Both the position numbers and the translations under genes were made by a program. DNA of 64,000 nucleotides from Candidatus Polarisedimenticolia bacterium (GTDB lineage: Bacteria; Chloroflexota; Limnocylindria; Limnocylindrales; CSP1-4): NCBI GenBank assembly GCA_035649355.1, contig DASRJS010000109.1, positions 1,021-65,020 of the forward strand, in the 5' to 3' direction. Shown piece by piece: positions 9,473-18,977 of the stretch. Within the stretch, counting starts at the first letter, position 1. The number at the start of each line of letters is the position of its first letter. A model generated the notes under the pieces. The model worked only from the letters and a program-made list of their open reading frames with translations. It ran no database searches and was not told the origin of the DNA.

Positions 9473-10708
9473 TCAGCCGCGGAGGGCGGCGGCGGACCCG
9501 GCAGGCAGCCGTTCGAAGCCCTGCGCCGGCAGCGGCTCGCAGCGGATCGGCCGGTCCTCGCGATAGCCCAGCGCGTAGTCGGCCTGGATCAGCGTGTGCA
9601 GCTGGCTCGTGCCCTCGTAGATGACCGCCGCCTTCGAGTTGCGCAGGTAGCGTTCGACCGGGAACTCGTTCGAGTACCCGTTCGCCCCGTGGACCTGGAT
9701 CGCATCGAGCGCGCTCGCGACCGCGTGATCCGTCGCGTGCCACTTCGCGAGCGAGGTTTCGCGGGTATTTCGAACCCCGTGGTTCTTCAGCCAGCCGGCG
9801 CGCCAGGTCAGCAGACGGCCCGCTTCGATGCCCGCCGCCATCTTCGCGATCATCTGCTTGACGAGCTGGTGCTCGCCGATCTCGACGTCGAACGTCTTGC
9901 GCTCGTGGGCGTACTTCACCGATGCATCGAGGCAGGCCTGTGCGAGGCCAACGTTCCCCGCGGCAACCGTGTAGCGGCCCTGGTCGATCGCGCTCATCGC
10001 GATGAGGAAGCCCTCGCCCTCTTCGCCGATCCGGTTCTCGAGCGGGACCCGGACGTTGTCCATGTTGATGATCCCGGTGTTCCCGGCATGGATCCCGAGC
10101 TTGCCGTGGAGCGTCCCGGTCGAAAGGCCCGCCATCCCGCGCTCGAGCACGAAGGCGGTGACGCCCTTGTGCTTCTTCGACCGGTCGACCGAGGCGAAGA
10201 CGAGGAACTGGTCCGCGATGTCGGCGAGGCTGATCCAGATCTTCTGGCCGTTGAGGACGTACGAGTCACCGTCCCGGCGCGCGGTCGAAGCGAGGTTCCC
10301 GGCGTCTGTGCCCACGCCCGGCTCGGTCAAACCGAAGGTCGCGAGCTTCTCGCCCTTCGCCTGGGGGACGAGCCAGCGCTCCTTCTGCTCGTCGGTGCCC
10401 CACTGCATGAGCGTCAGCGAGTTCAGTCCGACGTGGACGCTCTGGACGACGCGAAACGCGGTATCGCCCTTCTCGAGCTCCTCGCACAGGATCGCGAAGC
10501 TGATGTAGTCCATGCCCGAGCCGCCCCAGCGCTCCCAGACCGGCGCGCCGAGGAACCCGAGCTCGGCCATCTTCTCGAAGACCTCGCGGTGGACCTCGCC
10601 CTTGGCGTCCCACTCCCGGATGTGGGGCTTGATCTCGGCGTCAACGAAGGAACGGGCGCTGTCGCGGACGAGCCTGTTCTCGTCGGTCAGCGTGAAGTCG
10701 ATGGGCAT
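9473..10708 (-). CDS. acyl-CoA dehydrogenase
   Basis: ACAD N, middle and C domains are recognisable (YALGYRE...; QVHGANGYSNEFPVERYLRNSK). Confidence 0.9.
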   Translation of the reverse strand: MPIDFTLTDENRLVRDSARSFVDAEIKPHIREWDAKGEVHREVFEKMAELGFLGAPVWERWGGSGMDYISFAILCEELEKGDTAFRVVQSVHVGLNSLTLMQWGTDEQKERWLVPQAKGEKLATFGLTEPGVGTDAGNLASTARRDGDSYVLNGQKIWISLADIADQFLVFASVDRSKKHKGVTAFVLERGMAGLSTGTLHGKLGIHAGNTGIINMDNVRVPLENRIGEEGEGFLIAMSAIDQGRYTVAAGNVGLAQACLDASVKYAHERKTFDVEIGEHQLVKQMIAKMAAGIEAGRLLTWRAGWLKNHGVRNTRETSLAKWHATDHAVASALDAIQVHGANGYSNEFPVERYLRNSKAAVIYEGTSQLHTLIQADYALGYREDRPIRCEPLPAQGFERLPAGSAAALRG

Positions 10709-10763
10709 GCGGCGATTCTGTCACGCGCCGAGGTCGGCCTGTTCGCCGCCTATACTCGCCGCC

Positions 10764-12068
10764 ATGCCCACCGCCCCGAAGGCCTCCGGCCTCGATCTTG
10801 GCGCGCTCGCCGCGCCGCACCTCACGCCGGCGCTCGGACGCTATTTCGAGAAGTCGTGGAGCCACGGCGACGGCCACCGGCTGTACGACACCGACGGCAA
10901 GGCCCACCTCGACTTCGCCAACGGGATCGCGGTCACGGCGCTCGGCCATGTCCATCCGGCGGTCACCGCGGCGATCCACGCGCAGGTCGACAAGCTCATC
11001 GGGCCGACCGGCGCGCTGGGGTTCTCCGAGCCGGTCGCCCGGCTTGTCGGGCGGCTCGCGGCGACGTTGCCGGATCCGATCGACACGATCTTTCTGCTCA
11101 ACTCGGGCTCGGAGTCGATCGACGCGGCGATGAAGCTTGCCCGGCGCGTCACCGGCCGCAGCGGCCTGATCGCCTTCCAGGGCGCATTCCACGGCCGGAC
11201 CTACGGTGCGACCTCGATCACGAGCTCGGCCCTGAACTACCGGAAGGGCTACGCGCCGTTCCTGCCGGGCATCCACCTCGTGCCCTATCCCCAGGCCTGG
11301 CGCGAGCACGACGGCGACGAGGACGCGGCGACGGAGGCATCGTTAGCCGCGCTCGACGAGGTCTTCGAGAAGCTCATGCCGGCGAACGAGGTCGCGGCGA
11401 TCATCATCGAGCCGGTCCTCGGCGAAGGCGGCTACATCCCCGCCCCACACCGGTTCCTCAGGGAGCTGCGGCGGATCTGCGATGCGAACGGCATCCTGCT
11501 CGTCGCCGACGAGGTCCAGACCGGCTACGGCAGAACCGGGCGGATGTGGGCCTTCGAGCACGCCGGCATCGTCCCGGACGTCGTCTGCATCGCGAAGGCG
11601 ATCGCGAACGGCCTGCCGCTCTCGGCGATCGCGACGCGGCGCGAGCTCCAGGAGCGCTGGGGCCGCGGCGCCCACGGCTCCACGTACGGCGGTAACCCGG
11701 TCGCCTGCGCAGCGGCCCTCGCCGTGCTCGACACGATCGAGAGCGAGGGACTGGTCGCGAATGCCGCCGCGCGCGGCGCCGAGCTGAGCGCCGGATTGGC
11801 ACGGATGAAGGCCGAAGACGAACGGATCGGCGACATCCGCGGGCCGGGGCTGATGATCGGCGTGGAGTTCGTTTCGAATCCGAAGACGAAGGCCCCGGAT
11901 GGTGACCTTGCGGTTCGGGTCGTCGCGAAGGCCGCGGACCTCGGCCTGCTCGTGTTGACGTGCGGTCAGCAGCACCAGGTCATCCGCTGGATCGCGCCGC
12001 TGAACGTGACGCCGGCGGAGATCGTCGAGGGGCTCGAGCTGTTCGGCGAGGCGCTCCGAACCGCCTGA
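10764..12068 (+). CDS. class III aminotransferase (4-aminobutyrate/omega-amino acid aminotransferase-like)
   Basis: The PLP-lysine region is present (LLVADEVQTGYGRTGRMWAFEHAGIVPDVVCIAKAIANG). The ATG at 10764 was chosen over the long artefactual upstream ORF extension. Confidence 0.85.
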   Translation: MPTAPKASGLDLGALAAPHLTPALGRYFEKSWSHGDGHRLYDTDGKAHLDFANGIAVTALGHVHPAVTAAIHAQVDKLIGPTGALGFSEPVARLVGRLAATLPDPIDTIFLLNSGSESIDAAMKLARRVTGRSGLIAFQGAFHGRTYGATSITSSALNYRKGYAPFLPGIHLVPYPQAWREHDGDEDAATEASLAALDEVFEKLMPANEVAAIIIEPVLGEGGYIPAPHRFLRELRRICDANGILLVADEVQTGYGRTGRMWAFEHAGIVPDVVCIAKAIANGLPLSAIATRRELQERWGRGAHGSTYGGNPVACAAALAVLDTIESEGLVANAAARGAELSAGLARMKAEDERIGDIRGPGLMIGVEFVSNPKTKAPDGDLAVRVVAKAADLGLLVLTCGQQHQVIRWIAPLNVTPAEIVEGLELFGEALRTA

Positions 12069-12088
12069 TCAACCCCAGACACGCGAAA

Positions 12089-12110
12089 GCGCCCGCGCAG
12101 GCGCGGGCGC
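12089..12110. terminator. bidirectional hairpin between convergent genes
   Basis: Perfect 10 bp inverted repeat GCGCCCGCGC-ag-GCGCGGGCGC, 20 nt after the aminotransferase stop and before the stop of the minus-strand HTH gene. Confidence 0.4.
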
Positions 12111-12181
12111 TCGGAGTTTCGCGAGGTCAGCTGTTCGCTGCCGCGTCCGGCGTTCCCCGCTTCGTCGGACGACGAAGCGAG

Positions 12182-12376
12182 CTAACGATTGGTGTGAAGG
12201 AAGCGGAGGACGTCTTCGAGCCGGAACCGGCGGTCGCCGCGCTTGCACACCCGGTAGAAGGGCAGCTCGCCGCGGTCGCCGAGTCGCTTCACCGTGTTCA
12301 CGTGCAGGTGGAGCATCTCTGCCACCTCTGACGCGGTGAGCATGGGCCCGAGCTCACTGATCGCCATCGAAGCCAT
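12182..12376 (-). CDS. small helix-turn-helix DNA-binding protein (excisionase/MerR-superfamily type)
   Basis: 64 aa protein. The HTH LTASEVAEMLHLHVNTVKRL is followed by a wing (RFRLEDVLRFL). Confidence 0.6.
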   Translation of the reverse strand: MASMAISELGPMLTASEVAEMLHLHVNTVKRLGDRGELPFYRVCKRGDRRFRLEDVLRFLHTNR

Positions 12377-12545
12377 CTATGCGTAGCCTTTCAACTTGCA
12401 GCGAGTCCACGCGGTTGTGCGGGGCGACGACGGGTATGGTCCGGCTCGCTGCTGATGGGAACCTATCGGTGCTGTCCGGGCCCGCCAAGCCGTACTTCGG
12501 TCGGGTGAAGGGCAGTACGAGAGGGTCCGCTAGCATCGGCGGCCC

Positions 12546-13775
12546 GTGAATCCTTCTCCGACGCCCTCCTACCGCGCCCTCCTCGCGGTGCCGTCGCTGG
12601 GTCGCGCCCTGCTCGGGACGCAGCTTTCGCGCCTCGCCCAGTCGATGGTCGGCGTGGCGATGGTCCTGTTCACGCTCCTCGAGTACAAGTCGCCGGCCCT
12701 GGCCGGCATCGTGACGTTTGCGAGCCTGGCGCCGGGCCTGATCGTCAGCCCGATCGCCGGTGCGCTCCTTGACCGCCTGGGGCGGGTTCGACTGATCGCG
12801 ATCGACTTCGTGATCGCGATGGTCGCCCTGGGGCTCATCGGGGTCCTGGGTGCGCTCGACCGCCTGCCGCCGTGGCTTCTCATCCTCATCGCCGCGGTTA
12901 GCTCGCTCACGGGCATCTTCAGCGCGACCGGGCTCCGGACGCTGTTTCCGCTCATGGCGCCGCGTGAGCTTTGGGAGCGCCTCAACGCCGTCGATTCGAA
13001 CGGCTACGTCATCGCCTCGATCATCGGGCCGCCGCTCGCGGGACTCGCCGTCGGGATCGTCGGCGGGCCGCTCACCATCTTGTCGATCGGGCTTCTGTAC
13101 GGCGCCGCGGCCGTCGTCGTCATCCGCGTGCCCGAGCCGCCGCACGATGCGGTCATGAGCGGCAACCTGCTGACCGATGCCTGGGAGGGCCTGAAGTACA
13201 CGTGGCGCAACGCGACGCTGCGCGGCCTCGGCTTCTCGATCACGGTCGCCAACCTCGGCTACGGGATGATGACGATCGTCGTGCCGCTGATCATCCTGGA
13301 GCGGCTGCACCTCGGCGAGGCAACCGTCGGGCTGGTGTGGGCGCTCCAGGGTGTCTTCGGAATGGTTGCTGGCTTCGCGGCGGGCCGCTGGGACACGCGC
13401 GGTCGGGAGCGGCGACTCATCGTGATCCCGACGCTCCTCGTCGCGCCGGCCGCGGCGCTCCTGCTCATCGACGACGGCCTGTGGCCGATCCTCGTCGCCA
13501 TGGCGGTCATCGGCTTCGTCATCGGGCCGCTCGATGTCGCGATGTTCACGCTCCGCCAGCGCCGCACCGACCCGGCCTGGATGGGTCGCGCGTTCGCGAT
13601 CTCGATGTCGTTCAACTTCGCGGGCTATCCGGTTGGCGCGGCGATCTTCGGCGCGCTCGCCGGCTACTCGATCGAGCTCTCGATCGTCCTCGGCGTCGTC
13701 GCGATCCTCGTTTCGGCCGTGCTCGCCCAGGTCCTGATCCCGGCATCCGAACCCGGCGTCGCGCCTGCCGCCTGA
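12546..13775 (+). CDS. MFS transporter
   Basis: Twelve predicted TM helices. It is transcribed divergently from the small HTH gene. Confidence 0.8.
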   Translation: MNPSPTPSYRALLAVPSLGRALLGTQLSRLAQSMVGVAMVLFTLLEYKSPALAGIVTFASLAPGLIVSPIAGALLDRLGRVRLIAIDFVIAMVALGLIGVLGALDRLPPWLLILIAAVSSLTGIFSATGLRTLFPLMAPRELWERLNAVDSNGYVIASIIGPPLAGLAVGIVGGPLTILSIGLLYGAAAVVVIRVPEPPHDAVMSGNLLTDAWEGLKYTWRNATLRGLGFSITVANLGYGMMTIVVPLIILERLHLGEATVGLVWALQGVFGMVAGFAAGRWDTRGRERRLIVIPTLLVAPAAALLLIDDGLWPILVAMAVIGFVIGPLDVAMFTLRQRRTDPAWMGRAFAISMSFNFAGYPVGAAIFGALAGYSIELSIVLGVVAILVSAVLAQVLIPASEPGVAPAA

Positions 13776-13778
13776 GCG

Positions 13779-14399
13779 TCAGCCGCCTCGGAAGCGCCGG
13801 GTCAGGTTCTGGGGGAACGTCGGGCCCGGTGGCGCCGGGATCCGAGCCAGCTCCTCGGGCGTGGTCGCCTTCCGGCGAGCCAGCTCGAGCTGGAGGCTCC
13901 GGGCGCCGTTGCGCATGACCCAGAAATGGTTCGACCGGAAGAGCGGCTTCAGGAGCCGGGAGAGCCGCCGGATGAGCGGCTGCTCGGCGCGGACGCGCCA
14001 CTCGTAGCGGAGGTCGACGCGGTCGCCGTCCTGGGCCAGCGTCCACGTCCCCTGCCCGACGAGATCGCCGGTCGCGGCCACGGTGAAGCCGTGGGGCCGG
14101 CGGACATCGACGACCGTGAACCGGAGGTTGAGGCTGTACGGCATCCAGCCCTTGACCTTGTAGCTGAACTCGCCGCCGACGCCGTCGGCGTCACCGCGCT
14201 TGATGCCCTTGTACTCGAGCCAGGCGCACGGCCACCAGCGACCGTAGTCGTCCGGATCACCGATGACCTCGGCCACGTCTTCGAGCCGCCCGGGGAGGCG
14301 CCAGCGGTTGATGAACCGGTACTCGTTCGGCTCGAGGGTTGCCTCCTCCGATTCGAGGACCTCGGTCCTGGCATGCGCGTCGCCTGCCTGGACGCTCAT
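13779..14399 (-). CDS. SRPBCC (polyketide cyclase/dehydrase-like) domain protein
   Basis: SRPBCC-type N-terminal motif FINRWRLPGRLEDVAEVIGDPDDYGRWWP. Confidence 0.55.
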   Translation of the reverse strand: MSVQAGDAHARTEVLESEEATLEPNEYRFINRWRLPGRLEDVAEVIGDPDDYGRWWPCAWLEYKGIKRGDADGVGGEFSYKVKGWMPYSLNLRFTVVDVRRPHGFTVAATGDLVGQGTWTLAQDGDRVDLRYEWRVRAEQPLIRRLSRLLKPLFRSNHFWVMRNGARSLQLELARRKATTPEELARIPAPPGPTFPQNLTRRFRGG

Positions 14400-15612
14400 C
14401 GGCTCCGCTCCTCCAGATCGGTCGTCGCGGGCGCGGCCGCGACCGTGACGCCACGCCGGCTGGCCCAGGCGCTGCCGAGCTCGCTCGGGATCTCGAAGCC
14501 CGCGCGCTCGTATCGGTGGCTTCGATCGCCATCCGGGTCAGCGATCGATACGCCAGCTCATCGACGAGGTCGCCGACCGAACCCAGCGAGCGGTCGAAGA
14601 ATTCCAGCGTCCGGCCGATCGTGCCGTAATGCCGGATCAGGTGATCCCACGGCCCGCGAGGGACGGCCATCCAGTCCGCGACCTGCTTGCCGACGAGGAG
14701 CCGGATGACGGCCGGGAGGAGGCCGTCGAAGGCCTCGCCGGGCATCACCCGGTCGTGCATCTCGATGAGGGCCTTGGTCAGCATCGCGCCCTCGGGCGAG
14801 GGGCCGAACTGGCGCCGCGCGATCAGCGCGCGGAGCTGCGCCGCCTCCGCGATCGATGTCGGGATGATCGCCCGCGGGATCCCGAGGAGCTCGCCGATCA
14901 CCCACCACGCGTAGCAGTAGTCCTCAGCGTCCTGCGGGTCGAGATCCACGCCGAGCCGATGCAGCCCGGCGACGACGTCGTGCGAGAACGTGAGCAGCGC
15001 GAGGAGCATGTCCTCCTGGCACAGCGGCACGCCGAGCTCGTCCGTCGGCCAGCGGCCACTGTTCGCGATGAGGTCGCGCAGCGACGAGTGCAGCAGGCGA
15101 ACCTTCTGGATCGCCCGGATCCCGCCACCGCCCTCTTCGAGGCCGCCCGGAGCGAGAACAAGGAGGACGAACTGCGACGTCTCGGCGGCACGGTGGTAGA
15201 GGTCGTGGCGCATCCGGCTGCTGAACATGAGCGCCTTGACGCCTTTCGTCGCGGCGTAGCACCAGATCAGCGACGCGGTCGAGAGGATGAGGGCCATCTG
15301 GAGGCCGTGCTCGCGGAATAGCTCGGCCGCCCTATCGAGGCGAGCCCGGTCCACGTCCGGCGGCAGGCGCCCGCTCGTGCGCAGCCAGTCTTCGAGGTCG
15401 TCGGGCAGCTCGGCCGGCACGACCTGGTCATTCCGTTCGAGCCTTCGAAGGCCGCCGTTGACGGCGCTCGTCTCGCCGCGCGCGATCACAGCCGCAACGA
15501 GCCCGTCTGGCACGGGATCGCCTTCGAGGCGCAAGGCATCGAGCAGCCGGTTCGTGTAACGCACCGCAGGGCACCCAGCTAGCCGCGTCCCGGCGGTAGG
15601 GTACGCGCCCAT
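14257..15612 (-). CDS. MpaB/DUF2236-like oxygenase-family protein; the 3' ~140 nt overlap the next gene and look frame-shifted
   Basis: The N-terminal ~370 aa look like a genuine protein. The last ~80 aa are Arg/Pro low-complexity and overlap the start of the SRPBCC gene by 142 nt. Confidence 0.45.
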   Translation of the reverse strand: MGAYPTAGTRLAGCPAVRYTNRLLDALRLEGDPVPDGLVAAVIARGETSAVNGGLRRLERNDQVVPAELPDDLEDWLRTSGRLPPDVDRARLDRAAELFREHGLQMALILSTASLIWCYAATKGVKALMFSSRMRHDLYHRAAETSQFVLLVLAPGGLEEGGGGIRAIQKVRLLHSSLRDLIANSGRWPTDELGVPLCQEDMLLALLTFSHDVVAGLHRLGVDLDPQDAEDYCYAWWVIGELLGIPRAIIPTSIAEAAQLRALIARRQFGPSPEGAMLTKALIEMHDRVMPGEAFDGLLPAVIRLLVGKQVADWMAVPRGPWDHLIRHYGTIGRTLEFFDRSLGSVGDLVDELAYRSLTRMAIEATDTSARASRSRASSAAPGPAGVASRSRPRPRRPIWRSGADERPGRRRACQDRGPRIGGGNPRAERVPVHQPLAPPRAARRRGRGHR

Positions 15613-15640
15613 GCGCCGACGATCTGTTCGAATGGGAAAG

Positions 15641-15716
15641 TGGCGCCCCCGGCAGGATTCGAACCTGCGACCTTCCGCTTAGAAGGCGGCTGCTCTGTCC
15701 ACTGAGCTACGGGGAC
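15641..15716 (-). tRNA. tRNA-Arg(TCT)
   Basis: The reverse complement folds as a cloverleaf. Acceptor GTCCCCG/CGGGGGC, D-stem GCTC/GAGC, anticodon loop CTTCTAA, T-arm GCAGG-TTCGAAT-CCTGC, then discriminator G and CCA. Confidence 0.85.
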
Positions 15717-15806
15717 GCGGTAGCGCCAGTTTCGCATGACGGCCGGCTTTCTCTCCGCCGAGCCTGACGTGCGTTAGGGTGCTCGCCACAGTACTGGAGG
15801 GCTTGG

Positions 15807-16163
15807 ATGGGCAAGGTCCGCGTCGTTCGGGGCGCCGATCACGAGGCGCTGCCGTGGACGGAGACGCCGCGACCGGAGGGCGACACGAACCCGGCCGGCG
15901 AAGAGGTCACGAGCTTCAAGAGCGGCGACGGACGATTCATGGTCGGGCTGTGGCGGCGCGTCCCGGAGACGGGCCCGATGGCTCTCGACGATTACCACGA
16001 GGTCGCGCTGATCCTCGAGGGCGACGTCGAGGTGACCGATGAGGACGGCTCCGTCCACCGCGCCGGACCCGGTGACCTGCTGATCACGCCGAAGGGCACG
16101 AAAGCGACGTGGCACGCCCTGACGCCGATCAAGAAGGTCTGGATGATCTATTCGGGCGACTGA
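15807..16163 (+). CDS. cupin domain protein
   Basis: 118 aa protein with a small beta-barrel cupin signature (GDLLITPKGTKATWH). Confidence 0.65.
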   Translation: MGKVRVVRGADHEALPWTETPRPEGDTNPAGEEVTSFKSGDGRFMVGLWRRVPETGPMALDDYHEVALILEGDVEVTDEDGSVHRAGPGDLLITPKGTKATWHALTPIKKVWMIYSGD

Positions 16164-16170
16164 GGAAACG

Positions 16171-17388
16171 TTGACAGAGGGCAGGCCGTCGCGCGGTCGG
16201 AGGCTGGACCGCGCGATCCCGGCCGCGATCTTCGTCTCGAGCCTTGTTCTCATCATGGCCCTGATCGGGCTGACCCGGGGCTTCGCCATCTCACCAACGA
16301 CTGGGCCGGGCGACTCCGCTGCGTTCGCGGCCGAGACGGCGACGCAACAGCCGACGCCGCCACCAACGCCCACGACGGCGCCGACGCCCCGTCCGACGCC
16401 GACGCCACAGCCGACACCGAACCTCGTCGCGGCGCCGCTCACCGGCCGCCTCGTCACGGAGGCGCAGGCCGCCCAGCACCCGATCGCGGTGATGATCGAC
16501 GACCATCGAGACGCCAGGCCGCAGTCCGGATTCAACGCCGCCTCGGTCGTGTGGCAGGCGCCGGCCGAGGGTGGCATCCCACGCTACATGCTGATCTTCG
16601 GCGAGACGATCCCGGCAGCGGTCGGGCCCGTTCGCAGCGCCCGCCAGTACTACATCGAATGGGCGGCTGAATGGCGGGCGATGTACGTCCACGGCGGGGG
16701 CTCGCCGGAAGCACTGCAGACACTCCGAGCCTCAGGCCGCGGCCAGCTCGTCTGGAATGCCGACGAATTTCGCTGGGGCGGGCGCTATCTGTGGCGTTCG
16801 AACGAGCGATTCCCGCCCCACAACGTCTACACGGACGGCGAGAACCTGCGTGCCCTTGCCGGCGTTCTCGGTGCAGCCGACGGACCGCTGCCCGCCGCCT
16901 GGACGTTTGGACCGCCGACAGACGGGGACCGGCGACCCGTGGGCGGCCAGATCCGCGTCGTTTACCCGTACGAGACGGTCACGTTCCAGTACGACTCCGT
17001 CACCAATACCTGGCCGCGCTACATCGACAAATCGACGCTCGCGCAGGTCGACGCCGCCGATGGTGTCGTCGTTGCGCCTGCGAACATTGTCATCCTCCGG
17101 ATGCGGTTCGGACCGCTCAACGACGGGTCGAAGAAGCACCGACTCGAGGCCGACTCGATCGGCACGGGCGAGGCCTGGATTGGCACGAACGGGCGGATCA
17201 TCAAGGGCACGTGGCGCAAGGACTCGGCGACAAGCCCGACACTCGTCTTCGGCGCCGATGGGGAACCTGCCGTGCTGGTTGCCGGCCAGACCTTCGTCCA
17301 GGTCATCGCCCTGTCGTACGACTTCTCGGTCACCGCCGGCCGACTACCGACGCTGGAGTACAGCCGCCTGCCCTCTGCACAGCGCTGA
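16171..17388 (+). CDS. DUF3048 (YerB-like) secreted/membrane-anchored protein
   Basis: An N-terminal TM segment is followed by a Pro/Thr-rich linker and then the conserved block VMIDDHRDARPQSGFNAASVVWQAPAEGGIPRYMLIF. Confidence 0.6.
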   Translation: MTEGRPSRGRRLDRAIPAAIFVSSLVLIMALIGLTRGFAISPTTGPGDSAAFAAETATQQPTPPPTPTTAPTPRPTPTPQPTPNLVAAPLTGRLVTEAQAAQHPIAVMIDDHRDARPQSGFNAASVVWQAPAEGGIPRYMLIFGETIPAAVGPVRSARQYYIEWAAEWRAMYVHGGGSPEALQTLRASGRGQLVWNADEFRWGGRYLWRSNERFPPHNVYTDGENLRALAGVLGAADGPLPAAWTFGPPTDGDRRPVGGQIRVVYPYETVTFQYDSVTNTWPRYIDKSTLAQVDAADGVVVAPANIVILRMRFGPLNDGSKKHRLEADSIGTGEAWIGTNGRIIKGTWRKDSATSPTLVFGADGEPAVLVAGQTFVQVIALSYDFSVTAGRLPTLEYSRLPSAQR

Positions 17389-17416
17389 ATCTGTGGGCCA
17401 CTGACCAACCGCCCTA

Positions 17417-17447
17417 TTGACAGGCGCGCACGGCGCGAGACTATCCT
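17417..17447 (+). promoter_or_regulatory. sigma-70-like promoter candidate upstream of the methyltransferase gene
   Basis: TTGACA at 17417-17422 and TATCCT at 17442-17447, 19 bp apart. The spacer is partly palindromic (GGCGCGCACGGCGCG). Confidence 0.25.
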
Positions 17448-17504
17448 CCGCGCCCCGGCGGCCGATGGCTGCCGGTCGAGCGACTGGGAGCCCAAGCCCG
17501 CCGC

Positions 17505-18977
17505 ATGCCACCGCGACCGCGCACCCTGCGAGTGCCCGCAGGTTCGTCGGGCCTCGCGACCGCGACTGCGACCGCTGCTGCGGCAGTGGCGGCGACCCAG
17601 CTCGCCCTCGAGCTGCCGGTCGAGCTGCCACGCATCGCGATCGAGCCCGAGTGGAAGGCCCAGCAGCGCCTCTGGGGCCACTCGTTCCACCCGATGTGCT
17701 CGTATCTCGCGAGCTTTCCAGCCGCAATCGCGCATGCGTTCATCGCCCGCTACAGCCGGCCCGGTGATGTCGTCCTCGACCCGTTCTCCGGCCGCGGCAC
17801 GACCCCGCTTCAGGCCTCGACCGAGCGCCGGATCGGCGTCGGCAACGACCTCAACCCGTTCGCGCACCTGCTGACCGCCTCGAAGGTCGAGTCGCCGACG
17901 GCGCCCGCGGCGCGCACTCGCCTCACCGCCCTTCGCCTGGGCTGGGCCGCCGAGGCGGCGGGCTGGGAGGCGTTGGCGGTCCGGCTCAGCGCCGCGAAGC
18001 CCGACCTGTGGACCCGCGTCCCGAGCGTTGGCTCGCACCTCGATCCCACCGACCGGGCCAGGCTCGACCAGGACGGCGAGCCGGTGCCACCGGAGGTGAC
18101 GCTGGCCTTCCACCCGCGCACGCTTGCACAGCTGTTGTTCGTGCGCGCGAACCTCGACCTGGAGGAGCGAACGGATCGGTTCCTCGGCGCCGCGATCTCG
18201 GGCATCCTCCACGGCAAGAGCGCGTCGTACCTCTCGACCGTCATGCCGAACACGTTCAGCATGGCGCCGCGCTACGTCCGCGACTACGCGGCACGGACGG
18301 GCTTCGAATCGCCGGACCGCGACGTCTTCGATGGACTGTCGAAGAAGCTGGATCGTCTCTTCCGCGACGATGCGCCCGCAACCCCGGGCGTGGCTCTTCT
18401 CGGCGACGCTCGCGATGTCGGCCTTCGAGCCCGAGCCGCCCTCCGAGAGCGCGGCCTGCCCGACCGGGCACGGCTCGTCGTGACCTCGCCGCCCTATCTG
18501 CGCGTCGTCAAGTACGGCTACTACAACTGGCTGCGGGCGTGGTTCCTGGGGTTCGATCCGCGGGCGATCGACGCTGCCCTCGACGACGCCCACCATCGGC
18601 GGCCATACCTGCGCTTCCTGCGCGAGGCGCTGGCCGGGCTGCGCCCCGCGCTGACCGATGATGCGGTCGTCGTCCTCGTGATCGGCGACGTCTTCACCGA
18701 CCGCGGCCGGGCGATCGAGGGCGGGGTCGGCCTTGCGGAGCAGGTCTGGGAGAGTGCTGCCGAGCCTGAGGGCTATCGCCTCGCCGGCCTCGCGCTCGAC
18801 GACGTCCATGCCCACCGCAAGATGACGAAGCTCTGGGGCGACGAGGCCGGCCGGGCGACGCCGATGGACCGGATCCTCGTCCTCGGCGCGACCGAGCTGG
18901 GGCGGCGACGCGCGCTCGCGTCGGTGAACCTGCCGATCGACTGGACCTGGTCGAGGCGCAGCCTCAGGGCGGTGTGA
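17505..18977 (+). CDS. DNA N6-adenine/N4-cytosine methyltransferase (N6_N4_Mtase family, alpha-class motif order), orphan
   Basis: The AdoMet motif I DVVLDPFSGRGTT comes about 230 aa before the catalytic motif IV VVTSPPY. No restriction endonuclease gene is nearby. Confidence 0.7.
   Translation: MPPRPRTLRVPAGSSGLATATATAAAAVAATQLALELPVELPRIAIEPEWKAQQRLWGHSFHPMCSYLASFPAAIAHAFIARYSRPGDVVLDPFSGRGTTPLQASTERRIGVGNDLNPFAHLLTASKVESPTAPAARTRLTALRLGWAAEAAGWEALAVRLSAAKPDLWTRVPSVGSHLDPTDRARLDQDGEPVPPEVTLAFHPRTLAQLLFVRANLDLEERTDRFLGAAISGILHGKSASYLSTVMPNTFSMAPRYVRDYAARTGFESPDRDVFDGLSKKLDRLFRDDAPATPGVALLGDARDVGLRARAALRERGLPDRARLVVTSPPYLRVVKYGYYNWLRAWFLGFDPRAIDAALDDAHHRRPYLRFLREALAGLRPALTDDAVVVLVIGDVFTDRGRAIEGGVGLAEQVWESAAEPEGYRLAGLALDDVHAHRKMTKLWGDEAGRATPMDRILVLGATELGRRRALASVNLPIDWTWSRRSLRAV

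Noticed and set aside
6547-9624. 1025 aa ORF on the + strand (one of many very long Arg/Pro/Gly-rich ORFs in alternative frames)
   Set aside because: Its composition is dominated by R, P, G, A and D, with low-complexity runs. It lies antisense to or overlapping well-supported genes (GMC oxidoreductase, EamA). This is a typical high-GC frame artefact. The same reasoning applies to 267-1883, 3964-5907, 9233-11695, 35897-38557, 42024-43109, 42635-44854, 45020-45748 and many shorter ORFs.
10512-10763. N-terminal 84-codon extension of the aminotransferase ORF
   Set aside because: The extension overlaps the divergent acyl-CoA dehydrogenase start region and is Ser/Arg-rich. Conserved aminotransferase sequence begins at the ATG at 10764. 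Similar artefactual extensions were trimmed for the ORFs starting at 5256, 45191, 49446, 51827 and 58063.
16345-16420. Pro/Thr-rich repeat DNA in the DUF3048 gene as a mobile or variable repeat
   Set aside because: It is a short PT-linker, common in secreted Gram-positive proteins. It has no tandem DNA identity beyond the codon bias.
15774-16577. 267 aa minus-strand ORF overlapping the cupin and DUF3048 genes
   Set aside because: Its composition is Gly/Val/Arg-rich and low-complexity. It is antisense to two genes with recognisable domains.
17505-18977. Classical type II restriction-modification system
   Set aside because: No endonuclease-like gene lies within several kb on either side. The coupled downstream gene is a 2H phosphoesterase, not an REase.
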